A stretch of 64,000 nucleotides of DNA from an uncultured bacterium (GTDB taxonomy: Bacteria > UBP14 > UBA6098 > B30-G16), in the NCBI GenBank assembly GCA_965552135.1, contig CBEVQY010000009.1, positions 8,240 to 72,239 on the forward strand. The letters run 5' to 3'. The notes under the pieces were generated by a model. The model saw only the letters and a list, made by a program, of their open reading frames with translations. It searched no databases and was not told the DNA's origin. Each line of letters starts with the position of its first letter. Within the stretch, counting starts at the first letter, position 1. Both the position numbers and the translations under genes were made by a program. This document shows, piece by piece, positions 36,481 to 44,201 of the stretch.

Positions 36481-36776
36481 GGGGTGCGTTTGGCGCGGAC
36501 AATTTGGAAGGGGCGTTTGTAGCGTTCCTGGAACGGGGCGCCCCTGACGGAGGAAATGGGGCATTGAGCGGGACGGCATTTGGTTGCAGGTGCGCTCAGC
36601 TGGAACGAGGGCGCGTTTGAACGGCTGGAAGGAAGCGCGTCTGATCAGCAAAGGAGCGCGTTTGATCAGCTGGGGGCGCGTTCGAGCGGAGGGGAGGGGT
36701 GCGTTTGAGCAGTCAGAAGGGGCACGTTCGGTAGGTGCCCGTTGTGTTTGAGCGAAAGGTGGGCGCGTCAGGCGCC
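36481..36776 (+). repeat. Array of about 13 degenerate ~22-bp tandem repeats (core GCGTTTGA)
   Basis: Cores start at 36486, 36513, 36561, 36576, 36592, 36613, 36637, 36658, 36678, 36701, 36724, 36744 and 36765. Spacing is mostly 20-24 bp. All three plus-strand frames contain stops. Confidence 0.8.
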
Positions 36777-37850
36777 TTTTTCTTCGTCCAGCAGGGCGTT
36801 GAGTTCCTCGACGAGGGCGTCGACTATCTCGGATTTGGGAACCTTCCTTATCGCCTTTCCCTTGCGGAAGATGAGCGCTTGTCCCCTTCCGCACGCGACG
36901 CCGACATCGGCGTGCGATGCCTCTCCGGGGCCGTTGACGACGCAGCCCATCACGGCGACGGTGACGTCGGCGTCTACGTCCTTTATGCGCTCCCAGACCT
37001 CCCTTGCCACGCGTTGCACGTCGACCTCGCAGCGGGCGCAAGTGGGGCAGCTTAGAAGCCTTATGCCGTATCGCCTGAGTCCGAGGCTTCGCAGCACCTC
37101 CCTCGCAACGCGGACCTCCTGCTCGGGCGGCTCGGTGAGCGAAACCCGAACGGTGTCGCCAAGCCCCGCCGCCAGGAGAATCGAAAGCCCGCAGGCGGAA
37201 GCCACAACCCCCTGGAGGCCGAACCCCGCCTCCGTCACGCCGACGTGCAGCGGATAGTCGAACCGCTCTGCGAAGATTGAGTTCGCCTCGAGCGTGTCCC
37301 TCGGCGAGGACGACTTAAGCGAAACCACGATGTCGCTGAACCCAGTCTCCTCGAGGATGCGGCACTGACGCTCGGCGGCTTCGACGAGTGCCTGTGGCGT
37401 TGGTCCGCCGTGGCGCAGGAGGATATCTTTGGGCAGCGAGCCCGCGTTGACGCCAACGCGTATCGGTATGCCCCTCTGTGCGGCTGCAGCGGCTATCTGC
37501 CGAACGCGATCCGCGGAGCCTATGTTGCCGGGGTTTATGCGGAGCTTGTGCGCTCCAGCCTCGATGGCAGCGAGGGCGAGCCTGTAGTCGAAGTGTATGT
37601 CGGCGATGATGGGCAGCGGTGCCCGCTTTACGATTTCACGCAGCGCTTTCGCCGAAGCTTCGTCGGGCACGGCAACGCGGAAAAGATCACCGCCGGCGCG
37701 CGCAACAGCCTCGCACTGCCTCAAAACGGCGGCAACGTCCGTCGTCGCGACCTTTGCCATCGATTGAACCGCTATGGGCTCCCCACCGCCTATCGCAACG
37801 TCGCCTATCCTCACGCGGCGGCTCCTGCGCCTGCGGAAAAACTCACTCAT
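36768..37850 (-). CDS. ispG: 4-hydroxy-3-methylbut-2-en-1-yl diphosphate synthase
   Basis: Sequence is MSEFFRRRRSRRVRIGDVAIGGGEPIAVQSM...INPGNIG...SCPTCARC...MGCVVNGPGEA. The start was moved from 38153 to ATG 37850. Confidence 0.93.
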   Translation of the reverse strand: MSEFFRRRRSRRVRIGDVAIGGGEPIAVQSMAKVATTDVAAVLRQCEAVARAGGDLFRVAVPDEASAKALREIVKRAPLPIIADIHFDYRLALAAIEAGAHKLRINPGNIGSADRVRQIAAAAAQRGIPIRVGVNAGSLPKDILLRHGGPTPQALVEAAERQCRILEETGFSDIVVSLKSSSPRDTLEANSIFAERFDYPLHVGVTEAGFGLQGVVASACGLSILLAAGLGDTVRVSLTEPPEQEVRVAREVLRSLGLRRYGIRLLSCPTCARCEVDVQRVAREVWERIKDVDADVTVAVMGCVVNGPGEASHADVGVACGRGQALIFRKGKAIRKVPKSEIVDALVEELNALLDEEKGA

Positions 37851-38781
37851 CCGAATCCCCCCTCCGCCAGATTCCGATGATCTCCTCTGCGATCTCCTCG
37901 GTTTTACGCCCCGTTGCGTCCACCCAGACGAGGTTGGGTTCGCGTCTGAACCACACAAGCTGCCTGCGGGCGTAGCGCTTCGTGTCGCGGGTGATTCGGC
38001 GAAACATCTCCTCCCACTCAAGCTCGCCCCGAAGGTACGACACGACGGTTCTGTATCCGATTGACGAAAGCGCCGGCGCATCCGGCTCGATGCCGCTTTC
38101 CAAAAGCCTTTTGACCTCGTCGACCCAGCCCGCCTCAAGCATCCGAAGCACACGCTCCTCTATGCGCCTGTAAAGAAGCGTTCTTTCCATTGTGATGCAA
38201 ATCTTTGTGAACCTCCATCCTTCAGGCGGCTTGGTTTTCGTTCTCCACCAGTACGATATGGGCTTTCCCGAGACGATGTATACCTCCAGGGCGCGCTCTA
38301 TGCGGACGTAGTTTTTGGGATCGATCCTTTTTGCCGCCTCCGGGTCGACGGATGCGAGCCACGAGTATAGGTCTTCGCCGCTTTCGTACCGTTTTCTGAG
38401 GCTGCGGCGCACCTCGGGGTCCCTGAACTCGCCGGGGAAGATACCCACCGTAAGCGCGCGTATGTAAAGCCCCGTTCCGCCGACGACTATCGGGACCTTG
38501 CTGCGCGAGGTGATCTCCTCCATCGCCTCGACGGCGTCGCGCACGAAGCGCGCTGCGTCGTAGCGCTCGCGGGGATCGAGTATGTCCACAAGCCAGTGTC
38601 GAACGCGCGGGCTTTTGGGCTTGGCTGTGCCGATATCGAGTCCGCGGTAGATTTGCCTCGAGTCGGCTGAGATGATCTCCCCGCCGAGCGCAAGCGCAAC
38701 CTCCTCGCCCACGGCGCTTTTGCCAACCGCCGTCGGACCGCAGATGACAAGACAGCACCTCAGATCCTTCCGAGCCGCCAT
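37843..38781 (-). CDS. miaA: tRNA dimethylallyltransferase
   Basis: P-loop ICGPTAVGKS, plus SADSRQIYRGLDIGTAKP. The start was moved from 39090 to ATG 38781. There is an 8-nt overlap with ispG. Confidence 0.92.
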   Translation of the reverse strand: MAARKDLRCCLVICGPTAVGKSAVGEEVALALGGEIISADSRQIYRGLDIGTAKPKSPRVRHWLVDILDPRERYDAARFVRDAVEAMEEITSRSKVPIVVGGTGLYIRALTVGIFPGEFRDPEVRRSLRKRYESGEDLYSWLASVDPEAAKRIDPKNYVRIERALEVYIVSGKPISYWWRTKTKPPEGWRFTKICITMERTLLYRRIEERVLRMLEAGWVDEVKRLLESGIEPDAPALSSIGYRTVVSYLRGELEWEEMFRRITRDTKRYARRQLVWFRREPNLVWVDATGRKTEEIAEEIIGIWRRGDSDE

Positions 38782-38875
38782 CGTCAAAAAATAGCCCGAA
38801 TCCGCGCCGCCGAAAACCGATTTCGCCTTGGAGTGAACACAGGAGAGGTTATCTTTCGAAGGCTGGAGGTGGGTT

Positions 38876-39754
38876 ATGTTAGGTTTTCGCAGGCTTTTTG
38901 GTTTTGGCAGGCGTTGGGGCTTGGCGCTTGGTGCAGGCGGTGCGAGAGGTCTTGCCCACCTGGGCGTCCTCAGGGCGCTGGCGGAGCAAGGGATCGAGGT
39001 GGGCTTTATCGCCGGCGCGAGCATGGGCGCAATAGTGGGAGCTATGTTCGCGCTTTCGCCCGACCACGAGAAGGTTTCGGAGCGCATCATAGGCTACCTC
39101 GAGGCGAACAGGGATAAGCTCCGCCACTTCAGCCTGTTCCACAGGCTCGGGAGAAGGAGGCGGGGGAGCTTTGGGAGCATAAGGAGCACCCTTTTGCGCT
39201 TCTTTTTCTGCACGATCTTGGCGCGAAGGACCTACATCCTCGGCGGGGAGCTTTTGGAGGACTTCATCTGCGCGATGTTGCCGGACGCCGACATAAGAGA
39301 GACGAAGATCCCCTTTGCCGCAGTTGCCTATGATCTTTCCAGCGCGGAGGAGGTTGTCCTTGTGGAGGGCTCCATAAGGCGCGCGGTTATGGCGAGCAGC
39401 TCGATCCCTGGCGTTTTCCCGCCCGTTGACTGGTTCGGCAGGCCCCTTGTGGACGGCGGCGGGATATCGCCCGTTCCGGTGAGCGCCGTAAGGCGCCTTG
39501 GCGCAAGGAGGGTTTTGGCGGTGGATGTCTCGCCACTTCCGAAGCGGCGCACGCCCATCGAAAGCGGGCTTGAGATAATACTGCGCGCCGAAGACGGCGA
39601 AGCCGAAAAGCTCAAACGCCTCGAGCTTGAGGAGGCTGATCTTGTCGTCTGCCCGCCGCTTGGGTCGGTGCAGTGGTGGAGGTTCGAGTACTACGCCAGA
39701 ATAATCGAGCGCGGCTACAGAACAGCCCGCCGAGTGCTTCGGGAAAAGCTTTAG
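38876..39754 (+). CDS. Patatin-like phospholipase
   Basis: Oxyanion motif GAGGARG, nucleophile elbow GASMG, and a DGG dyad motif. Confidence 0.88.
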   Translation: MLGFRRLFGFGRRWGLALGAGGARGLAHLGVLRALAEQGIEVGFIAGASMGAIVGAMFALSPDHEKVSERIIGYLEANRDKLRHFSLFHRLGRRRRGSFGSIRSTLLRFFFCTILARRTYILGGELLEDFICAMLPDADIRETKIPFAAVAYDLSSAEEVVLVEGSIRRAVMASSSIPGVFPPVDWFGRPLVDGGGISPVPVSAVRRLGARRVLAVDVSPLPKRRTPIESGLEIILRAEDGEAEKLKRLELEEADLVVCPPLGSVQWWRFEYYARIIERGYRTARRVLREKL

Positions 39755-41091
39755 TCGTTGGGTTTCATCGACCTGAGCATCTCAAGCAGCTTTTCGCGTT
39801 CGTTGAGTGTTGGGTCGTCGATGACGGCGGCAAGGAGCTTTCCGAGCGCCTTTCCGACGTCCGGACCCGGCGGAATGCCCAGAACGTTCATAACGTCATA
39901 TCCGTCGACGGCAAGATCACGCACAGAAAGCGGCGGCTTTTGCTCAAGCACACTTCGGACGCGGCGGCAGTACTCCATCTCCGCGTCGATGTCGCCGCCA
40001 AGCCCCTGTGCCTTCGTATCGGCGAAGCGAAGCTCAAAAAGCGGCTCAACAAGCTCCTCGCCGACGCGGCGTATGAAGCGCCTTATGCCCTTTTCGGTCG
40101 TGGCGTGTGTGAACATGTGGTGTTTCACAAGCTGAGCCACCGCCGAGGCAAACCGCTTCGAGAACGCATGCTCCTCAAGCCAATCCTTCGCAAGCTTTGC
40201 CGCTGTGGTCTGGTGTCCGTAGAAGCGCGCTCTGCCGTCCTCGCCGACGAAGCGGTGGGCAGGCTTTGTGATGTCGTGGAACAGCGCCGCAAACCTAACC
40301 AGAGGCTTGGGGGGCGACTCGTCGACGGTGCGCAGGATGTGATCGAACACGTCGAACGCGTGCATTCCGCCGGGCTGCGTGACGCCAACGCACGCGGCAA
40401 GCTCGGGAAGGACAACGTCAAGCGCGCCAACCTCAAGCAAGCACCTCAAAGCCGATGATGGCTTGCTCAAAAGCATTATCTTCCTAAACTCCTCGCCGAT
40501 CCTTTCCTTCGCCACGTCGGAGAGCCTTTTCGCAAATCTCCTCGCCGAGGCGGAGGTCTCGGCGTCTACGTCGAAGCCGAGTTTTGCCTTAAGCCTGCAG
40601 AGGCGCAGCACCCTTATAGGATCCGACTGGAAGGCAGAGGGTGAGGTTTGCTTAAGCAGCCTTCGCTCGATGTCCCGCAGCCCGCCCGTGGGATCCACAA
40701 GCGCCCGATTTAGGATATCGTATGCGATTGCGTTTACGGTGAAGTCGCGCTGCCTTAGGTCCTCCTCGAGGGACATGTTCGGCGCGGGAACGCTGCCTGT
40801 GGGCGTCCTGAGCGAGGGGACTGAGAAATCGTAGGTCCTTCCGCCCCTGCGGAACTTTATCACACCAAACGATTTTCCCACAAGCTCCGCCTTGCCGAAG
40901 CGAGAGAGAACGTCCAGAAGCTCCCTTGGCGTCGCGCCGACGACGAGGATGTCTTGGTCGACCTCCTCCGACGCGCCCACAAGGACGTCGCGCACATACC
41001 CGCCCACAAAGTAAACCCGCCAACGCTCCGAGAGCATATCCAAAAGCTCTCCCGGAAGATGCCACTCAAACTTTCCGCAATGCGCCGCCAT
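39751..41091 (-). CDS. cca: CCA-adding tRNA nucleotidyltransferase with HD domain
   Basis: VGGYVRDVL head-domain motif and an HD domain (FHDITKP). 446 aa. Confidence 0.85.
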   Translation of the reverse strand: MAAHCGKFEWHLPGELLDMLSERWRVYFVGGYVRDVLVGASEEVDQDILVVGATPRELLDVLSRFGKAELVGKSFGVIKFRRGGRTYDFSVPSLRTPTGSVPAPNMSLEEDLRQRDFTVNAIAYDILNRALVDPTGGLRDIERRLLKQTSPSAFQSDPIRVLRLCRLKAKLGFDVDAETSASARRFAKRLSDVAKERIGEEFRKIMLLSKPSSALRCLLEVGALDVVLPELAACVGVTQPGGMHAFDVFDHILRTVDESPPKPLVRFAALFHDITKPAHRFVGEDGRARFYGHQTTAAKLAKDWLEEHAFSKRFASAVAQLVKHHMFTHATTEKGIRRFIRRVGEELVEPLFELRFADTKAQGLGGDIDAEMEYCRRVRSVLEQKPPLSVRDLAVDGYDVMNVLGIPPGPDVGKALGKLLAAVIDDPTLNEREKLLEMLRSMKPND

Positions 41092-41152
41092 TTGGATATG
41101 AAATCTAAAATGGACAGGACCTTTTTGAAAGCCTTAAGTCGGACGAAATCGC

Positions 41153-41189
41153 TTGCCTTCGCCGAAGATATTCTTTATTTTTTCGCCGA
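41153..41189 (+). promoter_or_regulatory. Promoter candidate TTGCCT-N17-TATTTT bracketed by direct repeats TTCGCCGA
   Basis: -35 at 41153-41158 and -10 at 41176-41181. Copies of TTCGCCGA lie at 41158-41165 and 41182-41189. Confidence 0.4.
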
Positions 41190-41212
41190 GTGTTTTTTCC
41201 AAGGGGGGAGCT

Positions 41213-41992
41213 ATGGAGTTCAGGTACCTTAAGAAAGAAGTTCGCGACGGCGTTGCGGTGGTGACGATAAGTCGTCCTGAGAGCCTCAACGCCCTCAACT
41301 CGGAGCTTTTGGACGAGATCTACGAGATGTTCACCCAGCTTGGTCGGGACGAGGGGGTTCGCGTTGTGATCCTTACAGGCGAGGGTCGGGCTTTTGTGGC
41401 TGGTGCGGACATAGCGGAGATGGTCAACTACAACGCTGCGCAGGGCAAGGACTACAGCAAGCGCGGCATGAGAGCCTTCAGGGCGATTATGAACTGCCCC
41501 AAGCCCGTTATCGCCGCCATAAACGGCTACGCCCTTGGCGGCGGCTGCGAGCTTGCTATGTCGTGCGACATCCGGATCGCCTCGTCGAAGGCTAAGCTCG
41601 GACAGCCCGAGGTCAACCTCGGCGTAACGCCGGGCTTCGGCGGTACGCAAAAGCTCCCCAGGCTCGTGGGACCTGCAAGGGCTAAGGAGCTTCTGTTCAC
41701 AGGCAGAATGATAACCGCAGAGGAGGCATGCCGCATAGGTCTGGTGAACAAGGTCGTTGAGCCCGAAGAGCTGATGGACGCCGCCATGGAGCTTGCCAAC
41801 GAAATCAAAAAGAAGGCGCCGCTCGCCCTGAGGTACATAAAGGAGGCGGTCAACCAAAGCCAGGAGGTTTCGCTTGCGGCGGGCGAGGCTTACGAAAGCG
41901 AAGTCTTCGGGATATGCTTCTCCACGCACGACCTCAAGGAGGGAATGAGCGCTTTCCTCGAGAAGCGCGAGCCAAAGTTTAAGGGGGAGTAA
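41213..41992 (+). CDS. Enoyl-CoA hydratase (crotonase family)
   Basis: VAVVTISRPESLNALN...VVILTGEGRAFVAGADI...GGGCELAMSCD. The start was moved to ATG 41213 after AAGGGGGGAG. Confidence 0.92.
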   Translation: MEFRYLKKEVRDGVAVVTISRPESLNALNSELLDEIYEMFTQLGRDEGVRVVILTGEGRAFVAGADIAEMVNYNAAQGKDYSKRGMRAFRAIMNCPKPVIAAINGYALGGGCELAMSCDIRIASSKAKLGQPEVNLGVTPGFGGTQKLPRLVGPARAKELLFTGRMITAEEACRIGLVNKVVEPEELMDAAMELANEIKKKAPLALRYIKEAVNQSQEVSLAAGEAYESEVFGICFSTHDLKEGMSAFLEKREPKFKGE

Positions 41993-42010
41993 CGCCCGGG
42001 GGTTTGTGGT

Positions 42011-42862
42011 ATGGTGGCTAAGGGCACCTGTTTTTTCTGGGTTGATGCCTCGTTTGATCCAGACAGTTCCCTGGGAACGTACGGAATATCCATCGATTTT
42101 GAAGGCTCGAGGTGGAATCTATCTGGGGTTATTGGGCGTGCTCCGACGTCACATTGGTGTGAATGGCGAAGCATCGGTATCCTGCTCGAAAAACTGCCCA
42201 AACTGAAAAAGACCTATTCGATTAACACGCCTTACATCACGATAAACATCGACGATCAGTCAATATACGAAGCGATACTTTCCTTAATTCCTCCCCCCCA
42301 CGATCCCCGCGAAGCCAAGCAACTGGCAACAATACAAAACGCTTTGTCAGAGCTTAAGAAGAAAATGCACATAAACTTCGCTTTAGTTTCATCGAGCAAG
42401 AACAGAGCTCATGCGCTTGCTGTTGAGCACCTCAGGCTTCTGACAGGTCGTTACAAGAAGGCGACAAAAACGCCTTCCATTAAGGTGAGCTTGGGCGATT
42501 TTGTTAAGAATAAGCTTTCTCGTTTCTTGGGCTCTGTCTCTTCGACGGCAAGTCGTTCTGAGGGTTGCTCTGAACCGGCTGAGCAAATCGACAGCGGGAA
42601 GAAGGATGCCTTTACCGACCTTCTTGCGTTGCTGCAAAAGATTTATGAAGACAATGGAGTGGGTGAGGCTGAGTTTGCTGAAGTTAAATTGAACTTTCAT
42701 CGCAATGCCGAAGAAGTATATTGGAACTGCAAGATAGTGGTCAGCAGCAAGCCGGGTTCCTTGTCTGTGCCCAGCGATGTTAGTGTTTCTGGGTACAGGG
42801 TTATTGAGATGAGCAGCAAGAGAAAAAGCTTGGAGGTTTCGACAGAGGAGGTATCGCCATGA
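42011..42862 (+). CDS. Hypothetical protein with N-terminal RNase H-like fold, low-GC gene
   Basis: 283 aa with a D-E-D pattern (FWVDASF, HWCEWRSIGILLE, ITINIDDQSIYEAI) and SSKNRAHALA. The C-terminal ~130 aa are unrecognised. It overlaps the next gene by ATGA. Confidence 0.6.
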   Translation: MVAKGTCFFWVDASFDPDSSLGTYGISIDFEGSRWNLSGVIGRAPTSHWCEWRSIGILLEKLPKLKKTYSINTPYITINIDDQSIYEAILSLIPPPHDPREAKQLATIQNALSELKKKMHINFALVSSSKNRAHALAVEHLRLLTGRYKKATKTPSIKVSLGDFVKNKLSRFLGSVSSTASRSEGCSEPAEQIDSGKKDAFTDLLALLQKIYEDNGVGEAEFAEVKLNFHRNAEEVYWNCKIVVSSKPGSLSVPSDVSVSGYRVIEMSSKRKSLEVSTEEVSP

Positions 42863-44187
42863 CGCTTGACGAAAGGCTCGAGAACGTCTCCGTCGTTGGT
42901 GCTGCGGGCAAAATGGGAAGCGGCATATCCACGCTCATCGCCGCCGAAATAGCAAAGCTTAAAGCAAAAAATCCCCAAAAGCTTTTCTGCCTGAACCTGA
43001 TAGACGTAAGCCCCGAGCGGCTTGCGGGGCTTCAGTCGTACGTTAAGGCGCAGGTTACAAAAATAGCCGAAAAAAGCATAAACGAACTAAGGGAGCTTTA
43101 CGCCGAAAGGCAGGATCTGGTGGAAAACTGGGAGATGATCCAGAACTTCGTCTTCGACGCGATGACCGTTTGCAACTTCACCACCGACCTCGACGCCGCC
43201 AAAAACTCACACCTCGTCTTCGAGGCGATAATCGAAAACGTCGACGCGAAGGTGAAGGTCCTTTCGCACTTGAACGAAATCTGCAGCAAAGACACCTTCT
43301 TCCTCACCAACACCTCCTCCATCCCGATAAAGCTTCTCGACGAGCGCGCCGGGCTTGGCGGAAGGATAATCGGCTATCACTTCTACAACCCGCCCGTGAT
43401 ACAAAAGCTTGTGGAGGTCATAACCAACGAGAACACGAACAAGGAGCTTGTCTCACTTGGCGAGGAGCTGGGCAGAAGGCTTCGCAAAAAACTTGTGCCG
43501 GCAAACGATATCTCCGGCTTCATAGGCAACGGTCACTTCACCCGCGATGGTCTGCACGCCCTCGAGAAGGTGGAGGAGCTTGTGCGGCAGGGCTTCTCCA
43601 TGCCCGAGGCGATATACATAATGAACACGGTGAGCCAGAACTTCCTCGTGCGACCCATGGGCATATTCCAGCTTATAGACTACGTCGGGATCGACGTCTT
43701 CAAGGCTATCTTCGACGTCATGAGGGAGCATGTGCCCGACCCCTCCCTTAGGCACCACCTTTTGGACAAGATGCTCGAGCTTGGCGTAAAGGGTGGTCAG
43801 CGCTCCGACGGCAGCCAGGTCGACGGCTTCCTGAAGTACGAAAAGAACCGACCCGTAGGCGTCTTCGACCCCGACAAAGGAGAATATGTCCCCATAAGCG
43901 AGCTTGAGGAGAAACTTTCGAACAGGATCGGACCACTCCCCGAGGGGTTTGCTCCCTGGAAGGCTTTACTTGCTGATCCGAAGCGTGAGGAGAAGCTGCG
44001 GAACCACTTCTCGGCGCTTCGGAGGATGGACACGCTCGGCGCAAAGCTTGCTATCGAATACCTTGAGAAATCGAAGCAGATAGGCGAAAAGCTCGTCGAC
44101 GACGGGGTTGCCAACTCGCCCGAGGACGTCAACGCTGTGCTGCTCAACGGATTTTACCACCTCTACGGCCCCATAAACGATTACTGA
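42859..44187 (+). CDS. 3-hydroxyacyl-CoA dehydrogenase family protein (long form)
   Basis: NAD fold VSVVGAAGKMGSGI, plus LVFEAIIENVDAKVKV, TNTSSI and GYHFYNPP. 442 aa. Confidence 0.85.
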   Translation: MTLDERLENVSVVGAAGKMGSGISTLIAAEIAKLKAKNPQKLFCLNLIDVSPERLAGLQSYVKAQVTKIAEKSINELRELYAERQDLVENWEMIQNFVFDAMTVCNFTTDLDAAKNSHLVFEAIIENVDAKVKVLSHLNEICSKDTFFLTNTSSIPIKLLDERAGLGGRIIGYHFYNPPVIQKLVEVITNENTNKELVSLGEELGRRLRKKLVPANDISGFIGNGHFTRDGLHALEKVEELVRQGFSMPEAIYIMNTVSQNFLVRPMGIFQLIDYVGIDVFKAIFDVMREHVPDPSLRHHLLDKMLELGVKGGQRSDGSQVDGFLKYEKNRPVGVFDPDKGEYVPISELEEKLSNRIGPLPEGFAPWKALLADPKREEKLRNHFSALRRMDTLGAKLAIEYLEKSKQIGEKLVDDGVANSPEDVNAVLLNGFYHLYGPINDY

Positions 44188-44201
44188 CGGAGCGCGGGCG
44201 T

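Noticed and set aside
36481-36776. The repeat array as a CRISPR locus
   Set aside because: The units are about 22 bp, degenerate and contiguous, with no alternation of conserved repeats and unique 30-40-bp spacers. No cas genes are present.
42011-42862. The low-GC gene as an IS element or transposon
   Set aside because: There are no terminal inverted repeats, no target-site duplication and no transposase or integrase motifs. The gene is precisely slotted between operon genes with an ATGA overlap.
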